Positions 8,451 to 16,653 of a stretch of DNA of 33,417 bases are shown here, in pieces. The notes below the pieces were generated by a model. That model was not told the origin of the DNA. It searched no databases and was given only the letters and a program-made list of their open reading frames with translations. Origin of the DNA: a virus (Duplodnaviria > Caudoviricetes); the IMG/VR virus record IMGVR_UViG_3300043103_000064, positions 1 to 33,417 of that record, one strand, 5' to 3'. Position 1 is the first letter of the stretch; every line of letters begins with the position of its first letter. A program made the position numbers and the translations under genes.

Positions 8451-8644
8451 ACTTTTTGCGAATGAGACCCAAGAAGAGGTGTATCGTTTGCGATGCGAAA
8501 GTTGGTAGTAGTCCAGCCCATATACGATACAAGTACATTGAAAATGATGAAGCCAAGATTGCAACTGCATACCTTTGCGAAAAATGTGCAGATGATATAG
8601 AACAATCTAAGCAAGTGGAGAAAGATGATGACAACTCCGTTTGA
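8447..8644 (+). CDS. Small putative zinc-binding protein
   Basis: CIVC...CEKC; ATGA overlap with the gp44 stop; overlaps the gp62 start. Confidence 0.6.
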   Translation: MNFLRMRPKKRCIVCDAKVGSSPAHIRYKYIENDEAKIATAYLCEKCADDIEQSKQVEKDDDNSV

Positions 8645-9026
8645 TTACATTGCCAGCATAACTACTAACAAAAAGAACATGATGCATGATAGTGAAAATG
8701 ACACTCTTGCTGAAAAGCAATACAATGCTTGGATCGTAAACAAAGGTCTGTCATACTTTCAAGACACCGTCCTACATGCCAATCTGATGAATATCAACCA
8801 CCACCTAGACAATCGTCCACAGTATCTTTTTTTGCTAAATAGTATCAGACCCAGTAAGCGTTACGCGAAATGGGTTAAAAAAGACAAAGGTGACGAAGAC
8901 CTTGATGCTATTTGTTCCGCGTATGCTTGCAATAAAAATGTTGGGCGAGAGTATCTTTCTTTGTTGTCTTCTGAGCAAATCTCTGCTATAAAAAAGCAAC
9001 AGGAAATAGGTGGAACTAAAAAATGA
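8625..9026 (+). CDS. gp62: Clamp loader small subunit
   Basis: PFDY, YNAWIVNKGLS, QYLFLLNSIR..KR..KW and GG terminus; synteny. Confidence 0.9.
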   Translation: MMTTPFDYIASITTNKKNMMHDSENDTLAEKQYNAWIVNKGLSYFQDTVLHANLMNINHHLDNRPQYLFLLNSIRPSKRYAKWVKKDKGDEDLDAICSAYACNKNVGREYLSLLSSEQISAIKKQQEIGGTKK

Positions 9027-9412
9027 TAGAAACGTTAGTGGAGGTCGAACTATTACACGATGAAAATTTTCTAAAGATTAAAGAGACGTTAACGCGCATT
9101 GGTATTGCATCGCGCAAAGATAAGACGATTTACCAATCATGCCATATCTTGCACAAACAAGGCAAGTATTACATTGTCCACTTCAAAGAACTTTTTATGC
9201 TTGATGGCAAAATCAATAACTTTGACGAAGAAGACAGAGGGCGCAGAAATACCATCGTCAATCTGTTAGAAGAATGGAACTTGATTCGAACTGTAAATCC
9301 AGAAATGATTCAAGACCCAGTAGCGCAATTGTCGCAAATCAAAATTCTCTCACACAAAGAAAAGATTGAATGGGAACTTGTCGCGAAGTATTCTATTGGT
9401 AAGAAAAAGTAA
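9023..9412 (+). CDS. regA: Translational repressor RegA
   Basis: FLKIKETLTRIGIAS, QSCHILHKQGKYYIVHFKELF, RRNTI and KYSIG motifs. Confidence 0.96.
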   Translation: MIETLVEVELLHDENFLKIKETLTRIGIASRKDKTIYQSCHILHKQGKYYIVHFKELFMLDGKINNFDEEDRGRRNTIVNLLEEWNLIRTVNPEMIQDPVAQLSQIKILSHKEKIEWELVAKYSIGKKK

Positions 9413-9436
9413 CAACACAATATGAAAAGGTGAAGA

Positions 9437-9808
9437 ATGACTAACGTATTTAAAGACTCATTGAAATTTATGGTTGCTACAGGTCAAACTGATGTGCCGA
9501 ATAAAAAGTTGTCCAAACTGTATTTGGGTTTGATCAAAGAAGAATACAAAGAACTCCGTGATGCTGTAAAAGCAAAAGATGAAGTTGAAATCCTTGATGC
9601 TCTTATTGACATTATGGTAGTCACTGTCGGCGCTGCACATGCGATGGGCTATGACGCAGAAGGCGCTTGGAACGAAGTGATGAAAACTAACTTTGCCAAG
9701 ATCGATCCAGAAACTGGCGCAGTGCGCCGCCGCGAAGATGGAAAAATTTTGAAGCCTGAAGGCTGGAAAGCACCAGAACTCGCACCATTTTTAACAAAAG
9801 TAGTATAA
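9437..9808 (+). CDS. MazG-like / all-alpha NTP pyrophosphohydrolase
   Basis: IKEEYKEL, EILDALIDI, EVMKTNFAK and REDGKILKP motifs. Confidence 0.8.
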   Translation: MTNVFKDSLKFMVATGQTDVPNKKLSKLYLGLIKEEYKELRDAVKAKDEVEILDALIDIMVVTVGAAHAMGYDAEGAWNEVMKTNFAKIDPETGAVRRREDGKILKPEGWKAPELAPFLTKVV

Positions 9809-9811
9809 ATA
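9804..9811 (+). promoter_or_regulatory. T4-type late promoter upstream of hsp20
   Basis: Exact TATAAATA overlapping the upstream stop codon. Confidence 0.65.
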
Positions 9812-9866
9812 AACTTGAGTCGCCATAACGGGACTCTCACATAACTTGCGCTTTAAGGAGGCAAAC

Positions 9867-10295
9867 ATGACTTACGCTACTCTATTGACCGCATACGGTC
9901 CACTTCTAAACACCTCAAACACTGTAACAACAGAAAAGGTGACAGGCTATCCTCCCTATAACATCGTAAAGACCAGCGATATGACATACGTTATCGAAAT
10001 GGCAGTTGCGGGATTCAAAGAGGATGAAATTCAAGTCGTAGTAAAAGAAAACGTTCTTACTATAAAAGGTAATAATGTAACAGAAGAAAAGGAATATATC
10101 CATCGTGGCATTGCATCTCGTTCTTTTGCTCGCACTTTACGCCTCGCTGACACTATCGAAATCAAAGGTGCCTATCTTGCAGATGGTATGCTTACAATCG
10201 AACTCGAAAATGTCATCCCAGAGGCAAAGAAAGAAAGACTGATTCTAATCTCTTCGAAGAAGTCTACACCAGAATTACTAGTTGAAAACAGTTAA
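9867..10295 (+). CDS. hsp20: Small heat shock protein (Hsp20/IbpA)
   Basis: YPPYNI, IEMAVAGF, YIHRGIASRSF and ADGMLTIEL motifs; AAGGAGG SD before ATG 9867. Confidence 0.93.
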   Translation: MTYATLLTAYGPLLNTSNTVTTEKVTGYPPYNIVKTSDMTYVIEMAVAGFKEDEIQVVVKENVLTIKGNNVTEEKEYIHRGIASRSFARTLRLADTIEIKGAYLADGMLTIELENVIPEAKKERLILISSKKSTPELLVENS

Positions 10296-10306
10296 TCAGT
10301 AAAATC

Positions 10307-10330
10307 GGGGCAGAGGACAACCTCTGCTCC
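10307..10330 (+). other. Stable RNA hairpin after hsp20, without a U-tract
   Basis: GGGGCAGAGG-ACAA-CCTCTGCTCC (10 bp, one G.U), followed by an AC-rich tract. Confidence 0.6.
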
Positions 10331-10362
10331 ACCCACACACAACACACAGAAAAGGAAATACA

Positions 10363-10587
10363 ATGAGTAAGAACCCATTCGAAATTCGCGCAGAAATGTT
10401 GCAGCTTGCAAAAGACTATATGGACCAACAATACCATATGAACATACAATTGCTGCAAGACCTTTTTGCACAAGGTAGAATCCAAATGGAAGAATTGAAA
10501 AATGCTTCTAAGTTATACAGTTCGGAAGAACTATTGGCAAAAGCCAAAGAGTTTTACGGCTTCGTTTCAACCAAAGATAAGGAATAA
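10363..10587 (+). CDS. Hypothetical phage protein (NPFEIR..ML..AKD type)
   Basis: AAGGA SD; 74-aa helical ORF; N- and C-terminal motifs recalled from T4-like phages. Confidence 0.75.
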   Translation: MSKNPFEIRAEMLQLAKDYMDQQYHMNIQLLQDLFAQGRIQMEELKNASKLYSSEELLAKAKEFYGFVSTKDKE

Positions 10588-10590
10588 AAC

Positions 10591-10653
10591 ATGATCGACC
10601 CAGATCACAGCGTATTCCGCACTCCAGGTGAAAAGAAAAAAGGCGGCAAATAA
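10591..10653 (+). CDS. Micro-ORF, 20 aa (MIDPDHSVFRTPGEKKKGGK)
   Basis: AAGGA SD; ATG 3 nt after the previous stop; not in the supplied ORF track. Confidence 0.5.
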   Translation: MIDPDHSVFRTPGEKKKGGK

Positions 10654-10706
10654 TGTGGCCATATACCGAAGAAGAACTTGACTTCATCAACGGCAAAAAG
10701 AGATAA
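10653..10706 (+). CDS. Micro-ORF, 17 aa (MWPYTEEELDFINGKKR)
   Basis: TAATG stop/start overlap with the previous micro-ORF; ends exactly at the terminator. Confidence 0.5.
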   Translation: MWPYTEEELDFINGKKR

Positions 10707-10727
10707 GAGCGCTTCGGCGCTCTTTCT
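10705..10727 (+). terminator. Intrinsic terminator with cUUCGg loop
   Basis: AAGAGCGC-TTCG-GCGCTCTT-TCT. Confidence 0.8.
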
Positions 10728-10729
10728 GC

Positions 10730-10758
10730 TTGACACGTACCAGTTTATGTGTTACATT
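10730..10758 (+). promoter_or_regulatory. Sigma70-like promoter for DNA polymerase
   Basis: TTGACA(10730)-17 bp-TACATT(10753) with TG extension, directly after the terminator. Confidence 0.75.
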
Positions 10759-10786
10759 GAATGATATTACAAAAACAGGAGAGAGT

Positions 10787-13300
10787 ATGGCAGTATCGTT
10801 TTATACTGATGTGAAGCAGTATGGTAATCGAATGATGGTAAGAGCCATCGAAAACGGCAAGCGTGTAAAATATGAACTCGACTACTCTCCGTATCTTTTC
10901 GTAAAAAGCCGCACTGGCAAAGGCGCGTATCGCTCCATTCACGGCGATGTTGTTGATAAGATGTCCTTCGGTTCGATCAAAGAAGCGAAAGAGTTTTCGC
11001 AGAAGTATTCTGGTGTATCTGGCTTTGAGTTTTATGGCATGAACCAGTTCGTCTATCCGTTCATCAATGACAAGTGGTCTGGCGAAATTGCGTATGACCG
11101 AGACTACATCAATGTTGTATCTATCGATATCGAAACTATGTCTGATGATGGCTTTCCAGATATCAAGACTGCGAACAAAGCGCTGACTGTTATTACTATT
11201 TCTGACGGCAAGAAGTTTGTCGTTGTCGGTATGGGTGACTACAAAATCCATCGACCAGACGTTACATACTACAACTGTTCCACTGAAAAAGAATTGATCT
11301 GTCGTTTCATAGAAGCATACCGCGATATGGATCCAGACATTCTGACTGGTTGGAACATTGAGTTTTTTGACGTTCCGTATCTTGTCAACCGTATCAAAGT
11401 CGTGATGGGTGACGCATGGGTAAAGATGCTGTCGCCTTGGAATAATGTGCGTGAAAGCACACAAAAGCAGAATGGTGTAGAAACGCAGACATTCGACATT
11501 GCTGGTGTTGCTGTCATGGACTATCTTGCCATCTATAAGAAGTGGACTTTTACCCAGCGCGAATCTTACAAGCTAGACTTCATCGCGCAAGCCGAACTTG
11601 GACTTGGTAAACTTGATTACTCTGAATATGGATCACTGCACGGCTTGTATGTTGGCAACTATCAAAAGTATGTCGAATACAACATCCGAGATACCGACAT
11701 TATCAACAAACTGGATGATAAGCTGAAACTTATTGACCTCATGCTGGCGCTGACTTATGACGGCAAGTTGAACTATACCGACTCCCTGACTTCTGTCCGT
11801 ATGTGGGATGTGATCATTCACAACTATCTGATGAAAGATAAGATCGTCATTCCACAGCATGATCGCCAAGGCGGAAATCAAAACATCGTCGGTGGTTATG
11901 TGAAAGACCCTATTCTTGGTCGTCACGACTGGGTATGTTCTTTCGATTTGAACTCCCTGTATCCTCATCTTATCATGCAATACAATATCTCGCCAGAAAA
12001 GTTTATGGGCAAGATCAGTTTTGCTGGTTGTTCTGTTGACGGTGTTCTTGGCGGTTCATTCAACAGTGATGACATCCGCGCATACATGCGAAAGCACAAC
12101 GCTACCATCACTCCGAACGGTTGCGTCTGGAATAGAGACAACCAAGGCTTTCTGCCGCAGTTGATGGAAAAGATGTATGTCGACCGCTCCAAGTTCAAGA
12201 AGATGATGCTTGAAGCAAAGCAGAAGTATGAAGACACTGGTGATTCCGAATACAAGAAACTGTCCGTTCGATATGACATGATCCAGATGGCAAAGAAAAT
12301 TCAATTGAACTCTGCCTATGGTGCGCTTGGTAACGAATGGTTCCGTTGGTTCAATCCAGACTATGCTGAGAGTATCACTACTGGCGGTCAGCTATCGATT
12401 CGATGGATCGAAGCCAAGATGAATAAGTTCCTGAATGAGAAGTTGAAGACCAACAACTATGACTACATTGTTGCGTCTGACACGGACTCGATTTACGTGC
12501 GGTTGAACAAGATTGTCGAAGGCGTGTTTACTGAAACATCGGACATTCAAGAGATTGTGACCTATGTTGACAAGCTATGCTCCAAAGTAATTGAGCCGTA
12601 TATCGATCAGTCCTATGCCGAACTCGCAGTCTATGTGAATGCGTTTGAACAAAAGATGCGGATGAAGCGTGAAGCGATTGCTAACAAAGGCATCTGGACT
12701 GGCAAGAAGCATTACATGCTGAATGTTTACAACAACGAAGGCGTCCAGTATAACGAGCCACAGTTGAAGATGGTTGGCATTGAAGCAGTCAAATCATCCA
12801 CACCAGCAGCCTGTCGCGACAACATCAAAGATGCTATCAAGATTATCATGAACAAATCTGAACCAGAGTTGGTCAAGTTTGTGCAAGATTTTCGCGGTGA
12901 GTTCCGCAAGATGCGTTTCGATCAAGTAGCATCACCACGTGGTCTGAATGGTATGAATAAATACAAAAACAGCACCACCGGCTGGGAGAAGGGTACGCCT
13001 ATTCATGTTCGCGGCGCGCTTGTCTATAATCAGATGATTGACAGGCATTCCCTACAGAAGAAGTTAGAGAAAATTCGTGACGGTGATAAGATCAAGTTTT
13101 GCTACCTGTTGACGCCTAATCCGTCGCGAGAAAATGTAATAAGCATTCCAGATACTTTACCAGAAGAGTTCTTCCTTGAAGACTACATTGATTATGAACT
13201 CCAATTTGAGAAAGTATTTGCTGGTCCTCTTCGGTCTATTACCGATGTGATCGGTTGGAATCTTGAAGAAAAAAGCACACTAGAAGGATTTTTTGGATGA
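10787..13300 (+). CDS. gp43: Family B DNA polymerase
   Basis: DIET (ExoI), GWNIEFFD, YNIRD, SFDLNSLYP, KIQLNSAYG, SDTDS and C-terminal clamp-binding TLEGFF; AGGAG SD before ATG 10787; uninterrupted. Confidence 0.97.
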   Translation: MAVSFYTDVKQYGNRMMVRAIENGKRVKYELDYSPYLFVKSRTGKGAYRSIHGDVVDKMSFGSIKEAKEFSQKYSGVSGFEFYGMNQFVYPFINDKWSGEIAYDRDYINVVSIDIETMSDDGFPDIKTANKALTVITISDGKKFVVVGMGDYKIHRPDVTYYNCSTEKELICRFIEAYRDMDPDILTGWNIEFFDVPYLVNRIKVVMGDAWVKMLSPWNNVRESTQKQNGVETQTFDIAGVAVMDYLAIYKKWTFTQRESYKLDFIAQAELGLGKLDYSEYGSLHGLYVGNYQKYVEYNIRDTDIINKLDDKLKLIDLMLALTYDGKLNYTDSLTSVRMWDVIIHNYLMKDKIVIPQHDRQGGNQNIVGGYVKDPILGRHDWVCSFDLNSLYPHLIMQYNISPEKFMGKISFAGCSVDGVLGGSFNSDDIRAYMRKHNATITPNGCVWNRDNQGFLPQLMEKMYVDRSKFKKMMLEAKQKYEDTGDSEYKKLSVRYDMIQMAKKIQLNSAYGALGNEWFRWFNPDYAESITTGGQLSIRWIEAKMNKFLNEKLKTNNYDYIVASDTDSIYVRLNKIVEGVFTETSDIQEIVTYVDKLCSKVIEPYIDQSYAELAVYVNAFEQKMRMKREAIANKGIWTGKKHYMLNVYNNEGVQYNEPQLKMVGIEAVKSSTPAACRDNIKDAIKIIMNKSEPELVKFVQDFRGEFRKMRFDQVASPRGLNGMNKYKNSTTGWEKGTPIHVRGALVYNQMIDRHSLQKKLEKIRDGDKIKFCYLLTPNPSRENVISIPDTLPEEFFLEDYIDYELQFEKVFAGPLRSITDVIGWNLEEKSTLEGFFG

Positions 13301-13566
13301 TAGACTTTGAGATAAACGACTTCGGCTTTAGTGCCGTATCAGAAGAAGAATTGGAATCGGTACAAAATGTCGAAACCATTCTACTTGAATATGACAAGAA
13401 AATTAATGCTTTACAGGATCGATTAGATGGTGTATACTCAGCTATAATACCTTTGCTAAAACATCTAAAAGACAACCCAGATAAAGATTATATCTATTGG
13501 CCAAATAGACTTGATAAAATATCTGAATTTGAAGAAAAATTACTTGGACTCTATAAAGGGAAATAA
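13297..13566 (+). CDS. Hypothetical protein
   Basis: ATGA overlap with gp43; DFGFS and PLL..L..NPDKDYIYWPNR motifs recalled from T4-like phages. Confidence 0.75.
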   Translation: MIDFEINDFGFSAVSEEELESVQNVETILLEYDKKINALQDRLDGVYSAIIPLLKHLKDNPDKDYIYWPNRLDKISEFEEKLLGLYKGK

Positions 13567-13567
13567 T

Positions 13568-14650
13568 ATGTCGTTAATGGACAAAATGATAAAAAACAGT
13601 ACGATCAAGCTAACGTCTGCTATTGGAGACTCGAAGGTATTCGGTAAAAAAGAAATGGCGCAAACGTCTGTGCCGATGATTAACGTTGCTCTTTCAGGTC
13701 GTGTAGATGGCGGACTTGCTCCTGGTTTGCTGATGCTTGCTGGACCATCGAAACACTTCAAGTCCGCGTTTGCCTTGCTGATGGTTGCCGCTTATCAGAA
13801 AAAGTATCCAGAAGCAGTAGTTCTATTCTATGACTCCGAGTTTGGTACACCTCAAGCGTATTTCGAATCATTCGGCATCAACATGGAACAAGTGATCCAT
13901 ACACCGATTACCGATGTTGAACAATTGAAGTTTGACATTATGAAACAACTTGAAGGTATCGACAAGAAAGATCGCGTAGTTATCGTCATTGATTCGATTG
14001 GCAACTTGGCTTCAAAGAAAGAAGTTGAAGACGCAATGAATGAAAAATCTGTAGCGGACATGAGCCGCGCAAAGCAGATGAAATCATTGTTCCGTATGGT
14101 GACGCCTCACTTGAATCTCAAAGACATTCCTTTGATCGCAGTCAATCACACATACAAAGAAATCGGTCTGTATCCAAAAGATATCGTGTCAGGCGGAACT
14201 GGTGCTTACTATTCAGCAGACGCAATCTGGATCATCGGTCGTCAACAAGAGAAAGATGGCAACGAGATTGCTGGCTACAACTTCGTCATCAATATTGAGA
14301 AGTCGCGTCACGTCCGCGAGAAGTCGAAAATCCCGATTATGGTGACCTTCGAAGGCGGTATTATGAAGTGGTCGGGTTTGCTTGAAGTCGCAGAAAAAGG
14401 CAAGTTCATTCTTAAACCCAAAGTTGGATGGTATCAGCCAATTGATCCTGAGACTGGTGAAGTTCTTTCTGAAAAACTATTGCGCGCCAAGGATATCGTG
14501 AATAACGGCGAGTTTTGGAAGATGATGTTTGAAAAAACAGCGCTTGCAAATTACATCAAAATGCAGTATACTATGGGTACAAAGTCTTTAATGAATGAGG
14601 ACGATCAGGTACAAGAATATAGCGATGATGAGGAAGATGAAGACGAATGA
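13568..14650 (+). CDS. uvsX: RecA-like recombinase UvsX
   Basis: AGPSKHFKS Walker A, FYDSEFG, IDSIGNLASKKE, ADMSRAK and VNHTY motifs; acidic tail. Confidence 0.95.
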   Translation: MSLMDKMIKNSTIKLTSAIGDSKVFGKKEMAQTSVPMINVALSGRVDGGLAPGLLMLAGPSKHFKSAFALLMVAAYQKKYPEAVVLFYDSEFGTPQAYFESFGINMEQVIHTPITDVEQLKFDIMKQLEGIDKKDRVVIVIDSIGNLASKKEVEDAMNEKSVADMSRAKQMKSLFRMVTPHLNLKDIPLIAVNHTYKEIGLYPKDIVSGGTGAYYSADAIWIIGRQQEKDGNEIAGYNFVINIEKSRHVREKSKIPIMVTFEGGIMKWSGLLEVAEKGKFILKPKVGWYQPIDPETGEVLSEKLLRAKDIVNNGEFWKMMFEKTALANYIKMQYTMGTKSLMNEDDQVQEYSDDEEDEDE

Positions 14651-16056
14651 TTGAGAAAACAATTTTATCTGGATTAATTTACAACGAAACATATATTCGC
14701 AAGGTCATACCATTTCTAAAGGATGAATATTTTGATAATCTGGATGAAAAACTTGTCTTTCAGAATATCAAGACATACATTGACAAATACAACGGGCTTC
14801 CCACAAAGGAAGCCCTGCGTATTGCAGTAGAAGAAAATGAGAAACTAAACGAAGACCGTTACAAGAGCGTCAATGTGGTCATTGATAATCTAGAATACGA
14901 TACGAATACCGACATCGAATGGATTGTCGAAAAGACTGAAAAGTTTTGCCAAGACAAGGCACTGTATAACGCGGTGCGCGAATCTATTCTTGTCCTTGAC
15001 AGCAAGAACTCCGAACTAGAACGCGGTTCTATTCCAGAACTTTTGACGAAGGCTTTGGGTGTTTCGTTTGACAGCAACATCGGACACGACTTCATTGAAG
15101 ATGCCGAAAATCGTTTTGACTTCTATCATATGAAAGAGGAGAAAGTCAAGTTTGATCTTGAAATGTTCAATAAGATCACGAAGGGTGGACTGTCTAAGAA
15201 ATCTTTGAGCATCGCCCTTGCTGGTACAGGTGTTGGTAAATCTCTATTCATGTGCCATTGCGCAGCGTCTAATATGATGTCTGGTTTGAATGTGCTGTAT
15301 ATCACAATGGAAATGGCAGAAGAACGTATTGCCGAACGCATTGACGCCAACTTGCTGGACTTTACTCTTGACGAATTGCGCGACATTCCAAGAGAAGCAT
15401 ACCAAAAGCGTCTTGCAAGAGTGAAATCGAAAACGAATGGTAAGTTGATTGTGAAAGAATATCCAACAGCGTCTGCTGGCTCTGGACATTTCAGACACCT
15501 ATTGAATGAACTTCGTCTGAAAAAGAACTTTAGCCCAGATGTGATCTATATCGATTACCTCAACATTTGCATGAGTTCACGCCTGAAAGTCGGTGCAAAT
15601 GTAAACTCCTACACTTACATCAAGGCTATCGCAGAAGAACTTCGTGGTCTTGCTGTAGAGTTTAATGTGCCGATCATGTCTGCAACCCAAACCACTCGCT
15701 CTGGTTTTGGTAACTCTGATGTTGGTCTTGAAGATACTTCTGAATCGTTTGGTCTGCCTGCGACTGCTGACTTTATGTTTGCACTTATCTCAAGTGAAGA
15801 ACTCGAACAACTTGGTCAACTCATGGTGAAGCAGTTGAAGAATCGCTGGGGTTCGATTGACCACTACAAGCGTTTCACAGTAGGCATTGACCGATCTAAG
15901 ATGAAACTGTTTGACGCAGAAGACTCCGCGCAAGATGGTATTATGGATGATCGACCTGTTATGGGCAATACCGAATTTGGTGGCAGACAGGAAGAAGAAG
16001 AGGCAACCGTGTTTAGACCACGTGGTCGTAAACCAAACTTTGAAGGATTGAATTGA
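14647..16056 (+). CDS. gp41: Replicative DnaB-like helicase
   Basis: AGTGVGKS, ITMEMAEE, KEYPT, IDYLNI, SATQTTR, SESFGLPATAD and QLKNR motifs. Confidence 0.96.
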   Translation: MIEKTILSGLIYNETYIRKVIPFLKDEYFDNLDEKLVFQNIKTYIDKYNGLPTKEALRIAVEENEKLNEDRYKSVNVVIDNLEYDTNTDIEWIVEKTEKFCQDKALYNAVRESILVLDSKNSELERGSIPELLTKALGVSFDSNIGHDFIEDAENRFDFYHMKEEKVKFDLEMFNKITKGGLSKKSLSIALAGTGVGKSLFMCHCAASNMMSGLNVLYITMEMAEERIAERIDANLLDFTLDELRDIPREAYQKRLARVKSKTNGKLIVKEYPTASAGSGHFRHLLNELRLKKNFSPDVIYIDYLNICMSSRLKVGANVNSYTYIKAIAEELRGLAVEFNVPIMSATQTTRSGFGNSDVGLEDTSESFGLPATADFMFALISSEELEQLGQLMVKQLKNRWGSIDHYKRFTVGIDRSKMKLFDAEDSAQDGIMDDRPVMGNTEFGGRQEEEEATVFRPRGRKPNFEGLN

Positions 16057-16256
16057 TGGCTTACATTTCAAGAAACAACCAGTTGATAGAGAACACAACT
16101 GGGCAAGTCGTATACAAATCTGAGGTTCAAGATGAATTGCGGTCGATGTGTAGAACACTCAATCTAGGCGGAGGGTTCAATGGGTTCACACCTTCGTTCT
16201 TTTGTTACGAGTATTCCATAATAAAAAAGTCGCCAGACGAACTGACGACTTCTTAG
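16056..16256 (+). CDS. Small hypothetical protein downstream of gp41
   Basis: TGATG overlap with the gp41 stop; LNLGGGFNGFTPSFF motif. Confidence 0.7.
   Translation: MAYISRNNQLIENTTGQVVYKSEVQDELRSMCRTLNLGGGFNGFTPSFFCYEYSIIKKSPDELTTS
16223..16251 (-). terminator. Minus-strand intrinsic terminator
   Basis: Minus strand reads AAGUCGUCAG-UUCGU-CUGGCGACUU-UUUU; the U.G wobble pairs only on the minus strand. Confidence 0.75.
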
Positions 16257-16261
16257 GTGTA

Positions 16262-16381
16262 AAGATGTGTGGTCAGGCGGAACCCCACCGGCATTCTTGA
16301 TGCGACCCTGACTCTTCCTTGTGTGAACTCAAAACTCACTCTTGCCTCTTACGTTGCGACCGTATTTACACGCACCCACAC
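16262..16381 (-). ncRNA. Candidate structured non-coding RNA, antisense orientation
   Basis: GC-rich intergenic tract; GUGUGG/CCACAC end pairing and several internal helices; flanked by a late-type promoter and a terminator on the same strand. Confidence 0.6.
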
Positions 16382-16384
16382 GAC

Positions 16385-16392
16385 TATTTAGT
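16385..16392 (-). promoter_or_regulatory. Late-type promoter variant (ACTAAATA) driving the candidate ncRNA
   Basis: Plus-strand TATTTAGT; keeps the TAAATA core of TATAAATA; 3 nt upstream of the closing helix. Confidence 0.5.
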
Positions 16393-16410
16393 ATTTTTGT
16401 AATTTCACTC

Positions 16411-16439
16411 TTGACAAATATTTCAAAATATGCTACATT
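16411..16439 (+). promoter_or_regulatory. Sigma70-like promoter
   Basis: TTGACA(16411)-17 bp-TACATT(16434), TG extension, AT-rich upstream. Confidence 0.75.
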
Positions 16440-16478
16440 TGTATCTAAATACACTTATAACAATGAGGGGACTATACT

Positions 16479-16646
16479 ATGCAGAAGCCACAAAATCTAA
16501 AAGAGTTGATCCTAGAAGCAATCACTGAGGCGCGTATCATGGAATGTGCCCGTGATGTGTATGACGAAAACAACCTCTTGCTGACTGCCATGCGACTATC
16601 TGGTGCGCCCTATTCGTTTGTTCAAGAAACATTTGAAAAAATGTAA
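16479..16646 (+). CDS. Small hypothetical protein, 55 aa (MQKPQNLKELILEAITEARIMECARD...)
   Basis: GAGGGG SD and own promoter; below the ORF-track cutoff. Confidence 0.65.
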   Translation: MQKPQNLKELILEAITEARIMECARDVYDENNLLLTAMRLSGAPYSFVQETFEKM

Positions 16647-16653
16647 ATATCAC

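Noticed and set aside
10730-10786. Longer TTG/GTG starts in the ORF track (gp43 10730, helicase 3024, dexA 4535, uvsX 13511, 26501, primase 28751, thyX 29794)
   Set aside because: Downstream ATGs have SD sequences or stop/start overlaps; several extensions run through promoters or upstream genes.
10745-11464. 239-aa minus-strand ORF, plus other antisense ORFs within gp43, gp41, nrdA and nrdB
   Set aside because: Fully overlap well-supported core genes; expected from codon bias.
16262-16381. RNase P, SRP or tRNA identity for the candidate ncRNA (GAGGCAAG resembles GAGGAAAGUCC; GUCAGG resembles the SRP motif)
   Set aside because: The complementary P4 strand, the SRP GGAA/AGCAG loop and the tRNA T-arm are all absent.
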